Shown: piece after piece, positions 18,385-26,963 of the stretch
Numbering within the stretch: the first letter of the stretch is position 1
Layout of the letters: each line of letters opens with the position of its first letter
NCBI GenBank assembly: GCA_050250375.1
Contig: JBFWOS010000002.1
Span: 282,980-346,979, forward strand
DNA from: Candidatus Omnitrophota bacterium
GTDB lineage: Bacteria; Omnitrophota; Gorgyraeia; Zapsychrales; Zapsychraceae
DNA: 64,000 nt
Direction of reading: 5' to 3'
Program-made: the position numbers and the translations under genes
The notes under the pieces: model-generated
What the model saw: the letters and a program-made list of their open reading frames with translations, nothing else
Databases searched by the model: none
What the model was told of the DNA's origin: nothing

Positions 18385-20211
18385 ATGTTGTCTAAAATAA
18401 TATGGTTGAAGCATCATTGTCCGGGTATATGGGCTGTCATTGAGAAAATAAATAATGGATTCCTCTTTCTGTTGTGGGGTAAAAGGATCACGGCTGTCCG
18501 TGAAAAGCTGACCCAGTGGCAAGCTTTAGCGGATGGACGTATCCGTTTATTAAATAGACATGATACCGATAGTCTGGTTGAATTTCTAAAACAGGTCACC
18601 AAAGAAGAATTGACTTTTTTCAAGCCGCATGGATTTGACAAGGCGAGTATTGAAACTGTCTTGAATAGCTTAGGGTACATGCCGATTGGTTTTTTTATTG
18701 AAGATAAGTTGGCCGGTTATTTTATGATGCGCCTATTTTGTTCGAAAAAGGCCTTTATTGGCCGGTATTTGTCCGGCGATATGAGACGAAAGGGGTTGGG
18801 AGGGCGCATGGCGCAGGTCTTGTACGGTATGGGAGAAGATTTGAATTTTGAGGTCTTTTCGACGATCAGCCGGGATAATAATTCTTCGCTGCGGTCACAT
18901 GAAAACATGGGAATGATGACCATTGTTAAAGAGTTGCCCAATAATTATCTGCTGGTAAAGTTCACGAATGGGAATGGTCAGCCATCGCAATCTTTTAAGG
19001 GAGTGACCGGCAAGAAAACAGTGGATGTAGTCCTCAGTTATGGCTGGAACCGTGTCGCCTATAATATGCTTCGGGCCCTGGCCTTAAATAACCTGCGAGT
19101 AGCTGTCGGAGACAGTTCCCGCTTCGCCATGGCCAAGGCATCGCGTTATTGCGCGGGTTCATTTCGATATCGATCGTTTTACCGGAACCCTCAGGATTTC
19201 ATCAGTGACCTGGAGAGGGCATTTAGCCGGTTTAAGCCACAGGTATATTTGCCATCTCACGAAGAGACCTTTATCGTCGCGCGTTATATTGACCGGTTGC
19301 GAAAGACCGGAGTTAAGATTCCCATTGCGGATTTTAATACCATCAAAACTCTTCACCGCAAAGATCTTTTGATGCCGGAAACTCATAAATTAGGAATACC
19401 AACTCCGAAGACGTTTAAGTTAGAACATCTTGACCAACTAAAACATTTTTGGGCCGAAGCGGGGAAAGATAACTGTGTAGTGGTCAAGTTATTAAATACA
19501 AACAGTTCAAAGGGAGTATTTTATGCCCGTTCGCTAGAGGAATTGAAATCAATCTGCCAATGTGTTATCAAAGGACAGACTCGGGAGAATTATCCGATTA
19601 TTCAGGAATATGTGGAAGGGGCCGGATACGGGGTATCCATGCTTTTCAATCAGGGTGTGTTAAAGGCAAAATTCACGCATAAACGTTTAAGGGAAAAAAT
19701 TTATACGGGGGGAACAAGTACTGTGCGCATAAGTACGGAAAATATTGAATTGGAAAATTATGCTGAGCGATTGTTGAGCAGTATGAATTGGCATGGAGTC
19801 GCTATGGTGGAATTTAAGTACAATGAAACCGAAAAACGAGGGTGGCTTATAGAAGTTAATCCCCGTTACTGGGGATCATTAGCGTTGGCGATCCAGTCGG
19901 GAGTAAATTTTCCGCTCCTTGCGTATAAAATGGCGCAGAATGGGGATGTGGCTCCAGTCAAAGATTATAAGAAAGGTGTGGTTACCCGCTGGATCCTCGG
20001 TGATGTCTTGGCCGCCCTGGATTGTATTAAATATAAAAAGAAAATGTCTGATATGAAGAAATTTACGACAAAAAGGATTAAGTACGATGATTTTTATTTT
20101 GACGATCCGTTACCCTTCTTTGCCCAGGGAGGGTATTATGCCGCTAAATTCCTTAAGGGGTTTAAGATGAATCCCCTGAAAAACGCGATTTTGGATATTG
20201 ACCGGATATGA
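18385..20211 (+). CDS. GNAT-like domain fused to ATP-grasp (carboxylate-amine ligase) domain
   Basis: N-terminal RRKGLG acetyl-CoA motif; C-terminal PTPKT, IIQEYVEG, GVAMVEFK, LIEVNPRYWGSL. Confidence 0.82.
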   Translation: MLSKIIWLKHHCPGIWAVIEKINNGFLFLLWGKRITAVREKLTQWQALADGRIRLLNRHDTDSLVEFLKQVTKEELTFFKPHGFDKASIETVLNSLGYMPIGFFIEDKLAGYFMMRLFCSKKAFIGRYLSGDMRRKGLGGRMAQVLYGMGEDLNFEVFSTISRDNNSSLRSHENMGMMTIVKELPNNYLLVKFTNGNGQPSQSFKGVTGKKTVDVVLSYGWNRVAYNMLRALALNNLRVAVGDSSRFAMAKASRYCAGSFRYRSFYRNPQDFISDLERAFSRFKPQVYLPSHEETFIVARYIDRLRKTGVKIPIADFNTIKTLHRKDLLMPETHKLGIPTPKTFKLEHLDQLKHFWAEAGKDNCVVVKLLNTNSSKGVFYARSLEELKSICQCVIKGQTRENYPIIQEYVEGAGYGVSMLFNQGVLKAKFTHKRLREKIYTGGTSTVRISTENIELENYAERLLSSMNWHGVAMVEFKYNETEKRGWLIEVNPRYWGSLALAIQSGVNFPLLAYKMAQNGDVAPVKDYKKGVVTRWILGDVLAALDCIKYKKKMSDMKKFTTKRIKYDDFYFDDPLPFFAQGGYYAAKFLKGFKMNPLKNAILDIDRI

Positions 20212-20795
20212 AAATTGTATTATTTGATTTTGACCGGACACTGACGAATCGGGACACCTTGCGTCCGGTAGCGAAATATTTTTCCGGGGAAGACCGTAAA
20301 TATTTTTCCTTGGTGATTTTGTATTTTATCCTGGTGTTGTCCCGTTTTCGGATCATCAATGATAAGACGATGAAAGAATTTTTCTTAAGTGTTTTCATAA
20401 AAGGAAAAGAACTTTCCTGGGTAAATACAGCGGTAAGAAAATATTTCGGAAATAATCTGGAATCTTTAATTAACCGTCCGGTGTTTGAAGCCTTGGAGAA
20501 TTATCGAAAAAACAGTGCCAAGATTTATATTGTATCAGCCAATTTTGATTTTCTTTTAGAGCCACTCATTGAATTATGGGGGATTACCGGAGTTATATGC
20601 ACGCAGACGGAAAAGTTAAACGGCGTTTTTACCGGAAAAATAACAGGTGAAACATGCAAAGGGAAAGAAAAAGCGGCAAGACTAAGGACGATGTTTGCCC
20701 CGCAGGATTTCTCCGGTATGACGGCCTATGGTGATGAAGGCGACCGCGAAATGCTGGATATGGTTGGAGAGGCGAAGTTGATTAAGAATAGTTAA
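20208..20795 (+). CDS. HAD-IB family hydrolase (phosphatase)
   Basis: LFDFDRT, IVSA, GKEK, AYGD..D..ML. Confidence 0.88.
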   Translation: MKIVLFDFDRTLTNRDTLRPVAKYFSGEDRKYFSLVILYFILVLSRFRIINDKTMKEFFLSVFIKGKELSWVNTAVRKYFGNNLESLINRPVFEALENYRKNSAKIYIVSANFDFLLEPLIELWGITGVICTQTEKLNGVFTGKITGETCKGKEKAARLRTMFAPQDFSGMTAYGDEGDREMLDMVGEAKLIKNS

Positions 20796-20820
20796 ATATT
20801 AATATAAGTGAGGGTATTTT

Positions 20821-21480
20821 TTGAGATTTAGAAAATTCATTATTTTTTTTGCTGTTTGTGTTTTTATCGCAGGCATTTTGATTGCTTCAAAGGATTATTA
20901 TCTACCTTTGTTCGGATCATTTTTGGTTATAAAGGACGACCTAAAACCGGCGGATGCGGTCATTGTCCTGGGAGGCGAAGAGGAACGGATATATTACGCG
21001 GTGAAACTGTATAAACAGAAACTCGTGAAATATATCGTGATTACCGGTGGAGGCGTGACCGGCCGTGAAATCAGCATCGCCGGCTGGTTAAAAATTAGGG
21101 CGCTCAAATCGGGTGTCCCTGAAAAAAATATTTTACTTGAAACAAAGGCTGAGCACACGTACCAGCATCCAATTTTTGTTAAGCCGATTTTAGTGGAACA
21201 TGGGTTTACATCGGCGATCGTGGTGAGTTCTCCCTATCACATGCGCCGATCGGTGATGCTGTTTAACCGGGCATTCCGAATGAGCGGAATCAACCTGACT
21301 TACATTCCTGTTGCCGACAGCTGGTTTAAGTCTGATCGCTGGTGGAAAAGTTCGGATGGCCGGAGAATTGTATTTTCAGAATACATAAAGCTCGCGGTGG
21401 ACATGTGGGGCGTCAAGGTGAGCGATCGGGCCTGTGCCTTGTTAAAGGAGAAAAAGTGGTCCATACTTGTTACCCGTTGA
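20821..21480 (+). CDS. YdcF/ElyC (DUF218) family protein
   Basis: ADAVIVLGG, ITGG, E.KA..T, VSSPYHMRR; TTG start after GAGGG. Confidence 0.85.
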   Translation: MRFRKFIIFFAVCVFIAGILIASKDYYLPLFGSFLVIKDDLKPADAVIVLGGEEERIYYAVKLYKQKLVKYIVITGGGVTGREISIAGWLKIRALKSGVPEKNILLETKAEHTYQHPIFVKPILVEHGFTSAIVVSSPYHMRRSVMLFNRAFRMSGINLTYIPVADSWFKSDRWWKSSDGRRIVFSEYIKLAVDMWGVKVSDRACALLKEKKWSILVTR

Positions 21481-21507
21481 AGAATCTTAACGGAAAGACT
21501 TAACCTT

Positions 21508-22161
21508 ATGAAAAGACTTTTTGATTTAATTTTCTCATTTTTTGGGCTGGTAGTTCTCGCTCCCTTACTGGCTGTTGTCGCGGTAATCATAAAACTGACA
21601 TCGGAAGGGCCGATCCTTTTTTCGCAAAAACGCGTCGGACTTTATGAGAAGATATTCCTGATCTATAAGTTCAGGACCATGGTGGATAAAGCCGACACGA
21701 AAGGGACTTCAGTTACGACCGGGAATGACCCGCGCATTACGCCCATCGGGCGAATATTACGAAAGACAAAACTGGATGAATTACCCCAGTTATTTAACGT
21801 TATGAGAGGGGATATGAGTTTCATCGGCCCTCGGCCGGATGTGCCGGAGATTACGGCGAAATATACACCGCAGATGAAGAAAATTTTTTCCGTTCGTCCG
21901 GGCATAACCAGTGTAGCGACTCTGCATTTCCGGCAGGAAGAAGAAATCCTGGCGAAAATTAAGGATCCGGATCGGTTTTATGATGAGAGAGTTGTGCCTT
22001 TAAAAGTGGCTTTGGCCATGGAGCATGTCGAACGCAATTCATTTTTATTTGATTTATTGATTCTTATGCAGACTGTGTGGGTCCTGCTGCCTTTGGGGAA
22101 AATTTGGCCGGTCAAGGAATTGCCGGCGGTTAAACAATTTAGAGAGGAATATTCGTTATGA
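21508..22161 (+). CDS. Monotopic phosphoglycosyl transferase (PglC-like priming sugar transferase)
   Basis: KRLFD, YKFRTM, DPRIT, KLDELPQL.NV..GDMS..GPRP, RPGIT. Confidence 0.92.
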   Translation: MKRLFDLIFSFFGLVVLAPLLAVVAVIIKLTSEGPILFSQKRVGLYEKIFLIYKFRTMVDKADTKGTSVTTGNDPRITPIGRILRKTKLDELPQLFNVMRGDMSFIGPRPDVPEITAKYTPQMKKIFSVRPGITSVATLHFRQEEEILAKIKDPDRFYDERVVPLKVALAMEHVERNSFLFDLLILMQTVWVLLPLGKIWPVKELPAVKQFREEYSL

Positions 22162-23339
22162 AGAAGCCGACGTTCGCGCCTTGGCCGTCGTTTGACGCCG
22201 AGATTATTGACGCAGTTAAAAGCGTATTAGTATCCGGGAAAGTAAGCCAATGGACCGGAACAAATGTTTACGCGTTTGAAAAAGAATACGCGCAATATTT
22301 GGGAGTGAAACATGCGATTGCGATGGCCAATGGTACGGTTACGCTGGATGCCGCCTTAAAAGTTTTAGGCATTGGTCCGGGTGACGAGGTAGTTGTATCG
22401 AGCCGTTCCTTTGTTGCGTCGGCCAGTTGTGTCGCATATGCCGGGGCTCTGCCGGTCTTTGCTGATATTGACGGCTCTAGTGGAAATATGACGAAGGAAA
22501 CGATCGAGGCCGTTCTCACAAAGAAAACAAAGGCGGTCATCGTTGTTCATTTAGCCGGATGGCCTTGTGATATGGATCCGATCGTGCAATTGTGTCAGTC
22601 TCGAAAATTATGTCTGATCGAAGATTGTGCACAGGCGCATGGAGCCCTATATAAGGGAAGGCCGGTCGGGACATTCGGAGATTTTGCCTCTTTTTCTTTT
22701 TGCCAGGATAAGATATTTACGACCGGCGGGGAGGGAGGGCTTTTGGTTACCAATGATCCGAGACGATGGAAAAAGGCCTGGAGTTTAAAGGATCATGGGC
22801 GCGACTATGATGTGGTCTTTAACCAGACGAGCGGAACGAGCTTCAAGTGGATGGTCAACAGCTTCGGGACAAATAACCGTATGACTGAGATCCAGGCGGC
22901 GATCGGGAGGATTATGTTGAAGCGGCTGGATGAAATGGTGGGTAAACGCCGCCAGCATGCAGTTTTTTTTGATGCTGCTTTTAAAAAAATGGAGGGGCTT
23001 GTGGTCCCGGTTGTGCCGTCTGAAATAAAACATTCTTATTACAAATATTATGTCTATGTTGATCCGAAAAAATTAAAAGCCGGTGAATCCAGAGATACGA
23101 TCCTGCAAGAATTATCTGCCTTGGGTGTTCCCTGCGGGAGCGGGGCATGTCCGGAAATTTATCGGGAAAAGGCGTTCCGCGACCAGCGTAAAAAAATGAG
23201 TTTGTCGGCGCAGAAACATCTTTCGGTGAGTAAGAAATTGGGAGAGACGTCGATTATGTTGCAGGTGCATCCGACATTATCATCAGATAGTATCCATTAT
23301 GTGATTGATTCCATGAAAAGTGTATTTAAGAAGGATTAG
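22158..23339 (+). CDS. DegT/DnrJ/EryC1/StrS sugar aminotransferase (PglE-like)
   Basis: NGT, VHLAG, IEDCAQAHGA, FSFCQDK..TTGGEGG, N.RMTE. Confidence 0.92.
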   Translation: MKKPTFAPWPSFDAEIIDAVKSVLVSGKVSQWTGTNVYAFEKEYAQYLGVKHAIAMANGTVTLDAALKVLGIGPGDEVVVSSRSFVASASCVAYAGALPVFADIDGSSGNMTKETIEAVLTKKTKAVIVVHLAGWPCDMDPIVQLCQSRKLCLIEDCAQAHGALYKGRPVGTFGDFASFSFCQDKIFTTGGEGGLLVTNDPRRWKKAWSLKDHGRDYDVVFNQTSGTSFKWMVNSFGTNNRMTEIQAAIGRIMLKRLDEMVGKRRQHAVFFDAAFKKMEGLVVPVVPSEIKHSYYKYYVYVDPKKLKAGESRDTILQELSALGVPCGSGACPEIYREKAFRDQRKKMSLSAQKHLSVSKKLGETSIMLQVHPTLSSDSIHYVIDSMKSVFKKD

Positions 23340-23341
23340 CT

Positions 23342-25195
23342 ATGAGACCACTACGACAATTAAAATTTTTACTGAAATACCGGCGGTTAGTGACTATCTT
23401 CGTCCACGCGATCTTGTTTATAATGGCCTACGTTTTTGCGTATTTGTTAAGGTTTGAATTCGATATTCCGGAATACCAAATGGTCAATTTTTACGAGGCG
23501 TTACCGATGGTGATAGCGATTCAATTGATGATTTTTGGATTTTTGGGATTGTTTCATGAACTCTGGCATTATATATCCATCGAAGATGTGGTACAACTCA
23601 TTAAAGCGAACGTGACCGCGTCAATTCTCTTTTTAGCGCTGACCAAACTGCTGGGCTGGAATTCCTTCCCGCGCTCCATTATTATTCTGGATTTTATCCT
23701 TGCTTTGGGGTTTTCCTCAGGTTTACGGCTGTCATTAAAGATGTTTAAAGATTATTTGCAGAGAAATAAATACTCTTCCGTCCGTGCCCACCGTATTCTT
23801 ATCGTTGGGGCAGGCGAAGCCGGGGTCATGCTGCTCAAAGAGATCACTCGCAATAACCCGGGTATGGGGGGCGAGGTCGTCGGGTTTATCGATGACGATC
23901 CGTTGAAGCAAAAATCAAACATCCAGGGAGTAAGAATTATGGGGACCCGCTGTGAAATTCCCCAGGTCGTCACCAAACACAAAGTCGATGAGATCATCCT
24001 GGCCATTCCATCGGCGGATGGTGGGACCGTACGAGGAATTCTCGCTCATTGTGAAAAGACTAAAACCAAGATCCAGGTTATTCCGGGGATCAAACAGATT
24101 TTGAGCGGGGAGAAGCAATTGAAGCCCCGTGATGTCCATCCGGATGACCTTCTCGGTCGAGAAACCGTCACAATCAATACCGAAGAAGTACGCCAATATA
24201 TTAAGAACCGTGTGGTCTTAGTCACGGGGGCTGGCGGTTCGATTGGGTCTGAGATCTGCCGGCAGGTCGCGTCTTTTGTCCCAAAAGAATTAATCCTTCT
24301 TGATCACTATGAAAACTCATTGTATTTTCTTTTGCTGGAACTCAAAAATACATATCCACATCTTTTAACAACCCCGATCATCGGTGATGTCAGGGATGTT
24401 GGACTTTTGAAACAGGTTTTTAGCCGGGCCAGACCGCAGGTGGTTTTTCACGCCGCCGCGCATAAACATGTGCCCCTTATGGAAATTAATCCGGCTGCTG
24501 CGGTAAAAAATAATATCTTCGGCACACGGAACATGATTTATGCCAGCAATCACTACGGGGTGGAACGTTTTGTATTCATATCAACGGATAAAGCGGTTAA
24601 TCCGATCAATACCATGGGAATGTCGAAGCGCGTCGCGGAGATGATCCTCCAAGCCCGGGCGCAAAAAAGTAAGACCAAATTTATGGCGGTACGGTTCGGT
24701 AATGTCCTGGGTTCTGCAGGTTCGGTGGTGCCACTCTTTAAGCAGCAGATCGAGAAAGGCGGTCCGGTTACGTTGACTGACCCTGCAGTAAAACGCTATT
24801 TTATGAGCATTAAAGAGGCCTGTATGCTCGTCCTGCAGGCAGGGGCATTGGGAAAAGGCGGGGAAATTTTTATCCTCGATATGGGTGAGCAGATCAAAGT
24901 CTTGGACCTTGCGCATAACCTGATTACATTATCAGGTCTGGTCCCGGAAAAAGATATTGAGATTCAATATGTCGGCCTTCGCCCCGGTGAAAAACTTGAA
25001 GAGGAGCTACTGTTGGACAAAGAAAAAGACGCGATGACGCAACATAACAAAATCTTTGTTAACTATTGCGGAGTGACATTTAACCGCCAGGTCCTTGGGC
25101 GCAATCTTCGCCGGTTGCATCGTAAGACTCAGGAAATTAATGAAGAAGAAATTAACCGGTTGTTGATGGAAATTATAGCAGCTGGGAATATATGA
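23342..25195 (+). CDS. UDP-GlcNAc 4,6-dehydratase (PglF/CapD/WbpM-like)
   Basis: Four N-terminal TMs, GAGEAG, TGAGGSIGSE, HAAAHKHVP, ISTDKAVNP, RFGNVLGS, GLRPGEKL.EEL. Confidence 0.93.
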   Translation: MRPLRQLKFLLKYRRLVTIFVHAILFIMAYVFAYLLRFEFDIPEYQMVNFYEALPMVIAIQLMIFGFLGLFHELWHYISIEDVVQLIKANVTASILFLALTKLLGWNSFPRSIIILDFILALGFSSGLRLSLKMFKDYLQRNKYSSVRAHRILIVGAGEAGVMLLKEITRNNPGMGGEVVGFIDDDPLKQKSNIQGVRIMGTRCEIPQVVTKHKVDEIILAIPSADGGTVRGILAHCEKTKTKIQVIPGIKQILSGEKQLKPRDVHPDDLLGRETVTINTEEVRQYIKNRVVLVTGAGGSIGSEICRQVASFVPKELILLDHYENSLYFLLLELKNTYPHLLTTPIIGDVRDVGLLKQVFSRARPQVVFHAAAHKHVPLMEINPAAAVKNNIFGTRNMIYASNHYGVERFVFISTDKAVNPINTMGMSKRVAEMILQARAQKSKTKFMAVRFGNVLGSAGSVVPLFKQQIEKGGPVTLTDPAVKRYFMSIKEACMLVLQAGALGKGGEIFILDMGEQIKVLDLAHNLITLSGLVPEKDIEIQYVGLRPGEKLEEELLLDKEKDAMTQHNKIFVNYCGVTFNRQVLGRNLRRLHRKTQEINEEEINRLLMEIIAAGNI

Positions 25196-25225
25196 AATTG
25201 AGAACCCGGGAAAGGACCAGTTAAA

Positions 25226-26221
25226 ATGAGAGTAGCCGTTTTTAACACCAAGTCGTACGACAAGCAGTTTCTGGAAGAGGCCAACGCCGGCCGGCATGAA
25301 TTTGTTTTTTTTGAAGCCCACATAAACCGGACCACCTGCCCGCTGGCTTACGGGTTTGAAGCCGTCTGCGTGTTCGTCAATGATATCATTGACCGGGAGG
25401 TCCTGGAGCTGCTGGCCGCCAACGGGACCACGCTGATCGCCCTGCGCTGCTCCGGCTATAATAATGTCGACCTTCCGGCGGCCGCCCGGCTGGGGATCAA
25501 GGTCGCCCGGGTGCCCGCGTATTCCCCGCACGGCGTCGCGGAACACGCGGTGGCCATGATGATGTCGCTGAACCGCAAGATTTACCGGGCGTATAACCGC
25601 ATCCGCGAGGGGAATTTTTCGCTGGACGGTCTGCTTGGGTTCGAGATGAACGGCAAGACCGTCGGGATCATCGGGACCGGAAAGATCGGTTACCTCACCG
25701 CGGCGCTCTTAAAAGGTTTCGGCATGAACCTGCTGGGGTACGACGTCCGCAAAAATCCGGAAGCGGAAGCCATCGGGATGACATACGTGAGTCTGGATGA
25801 ACTCTACCGGCAAAGTGATATCATCAGCCTGCATATCCCTCTGCTGAAAGACACTTATCACATCATCAACGAGCGGTCGGTCGCCCTGATGAAAGACAGG
25901 GTGATGCTGATCAATACCAGCCGGGGCGGGCTGATTGATACCCAGAGCGTGATCGACGGATTGAAGTCCGGGAAGATCGGATATCTGGGCCTGGATGTTT
26001 ACGAAGAGGAAGGGGACCTGTTTTTTGAAGACCTTTCCGGCCATGTGATCCAGGACGACGTCTTCGCGCGGTTATTGATTTTTCCCAACGTGGTGATCAC
26101 CGGGCACCAGGCCTTTTTCACCGCCACTGCCCTGAAAAATATCGCTGAAACGACCATTAGCAACATCACCGCCCACGCGGAAAACCGGATCGATCCGGCC
26201 AATCTGGTCGTTTTGAAATAA
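25226..26221 (+). CDS. ldhA: D-lactate dehydrogenase (D-2-hydroxyacid dehydrogenase)
   Basis: LRCSGYNNVD, RVPAYSP, GTGKIG, INTSRG, LDVYEEE, NVVITGHQAFFT. Confidence 0.9.
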   Translation: MRVAVFNTKSYDKQFLEEANAGRHEFVFFEAHINRTTCPLAYGFEAVCVFVNDIIDREVLELLAANGTTLIALRCSGYNNVDLPAAARLGIKVARVPAYSPHGVAEHAVAMMMSLNRKIYRAYNRIREGNFSLDGLLGFEMNGKTVGIIGTGKIGYLTAALLKGFGMNLLGYDVRKNPEAEAIGMTYVSLDELYRQSDIISLHIPLLKDTYHIINERSVALMKDRVMLINTSRGGLIDTQSVIDGLKSGKIGYLGLDVYEEEGDLFFEDLSGHVIQDDVFARLLIFPNVVITGHQAFFTATALKNIAETTISNITAHAENRIDPANLVVLK

Positions 26222-26287
26222 TTTATCCCAGTTATCTGAATTTTTTTAACGGTTGGTCCAAATTCTTTAACACCAAAAACTTCGTGC

Positions 26288-26316
26288 TTTACACCGTGGT
26301 AAAAGTCTGGTATAAA
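26288..26316 (+). promoter_or_regulatory. sigma70-type promoter upstream of the GIY-YIG gene and tRNA-Ser
   Basis: TTTACA-17 bp-TATAAA with extended -10 TG at 26308-26309. Confidence 0.6.
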
Positions 26317-26360
26317 TGATTCTCATTAAATCCCCCTTATTTTCTAAAAGGGGCGGTTTT

Positions 26361-26606
26361 GTGTATTATTTGTATATATTAAAAAGCGAGAATTATCCGA
26401 AAACATACGTTGGGAGTACGGAGAATTTAAGCAGAAGGTTCGCAGAGCATAACAGACGGAAAGTAAAGTCCTCCAAAGCTTTTGCTCCGTATGGATTGAT
26501 ATATTCCGAAGAATTTTGTTCATTGAAACAAGCAAGACAAAGAGAAAAATATTTTAAGTCGACCTCAGGCAGAAGAGAGATAAAAAAGAAATTCTTTTCC
26601 TGTTAA
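26361..26606 (+). CDS. Small stand-alone GIY-YIG nuclease family protein
   Basis: YYLYILKS, TYVGST, R..EHN, Y.E.F, A..RE..FKS..GR; GTG start at 26361 preferred over ATG at 26316. Confidence 0.9.
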   Translation: MYYLYILKSENYPKTYVGSTENLSRRFAEHNRRKVKSSKAFAPYGLIYSEEFCSLKQARQREKYFKSTSGRREIKKKFFSC

Positions 26607-26636
26607 AATATTTTTTGGAAAGTTATTTGTGCAATA

Positions 26637-26861
26637 GGAGAGTCCTCCAAATTTGGAGAGACTTCTCCAAAGTTTTTTCTGGAGAAAGTTAAAGGAGAGT
26701 CCACCTCACCGGTCATATTGAAGATATTTGACCGGTGGGTGAGACTTTCACGCTAAGAATTCGATTATCGAAGATTAATGAGGAGAGTCCGCCTCGCCAA
26801 AATCAAAGATTTTGGCGGGCGAGACTTCTCCAAAATTTTTTCTTCGAAAAAATTTTGGAGA
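26637..26861. repeat. Cluster of related hairpins upstream of tRNA-Ser (GGAGAGTC-[stem-loop]-AGACTT units)
   Basis: Units at 26637-26663, 26694-26746 and 26782-26826; extra CTCCA..TGGAG hairpins at 26661-26689 and 26827-26861. Confidence 0.85.
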
Positions 26862-26946
26862 GGTGGCAGAGTGGTCGATTGCAGCTGCCTGCTAAGCAGT
26901 TGTCCTGGAAACGGGACCCAGGGTTCGAACCCCTGCCTCTCCGCCA
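26857..26946 (+). tRNA. tRNA-Ser(GCT), long variable arm, CCA encoded
   Basis: GGAGAGG/CCTCTCC acceptor stem, anticodon loop CTGCTAA, variable arm GTCCTG-GAAA-CGGGAC, T-arm CAGGG-TTCGAAC-CCCTG, GCCA end. Confidence 0.97.
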
Positions 26947-26963
26947 TTTTCTGACAATACTCG

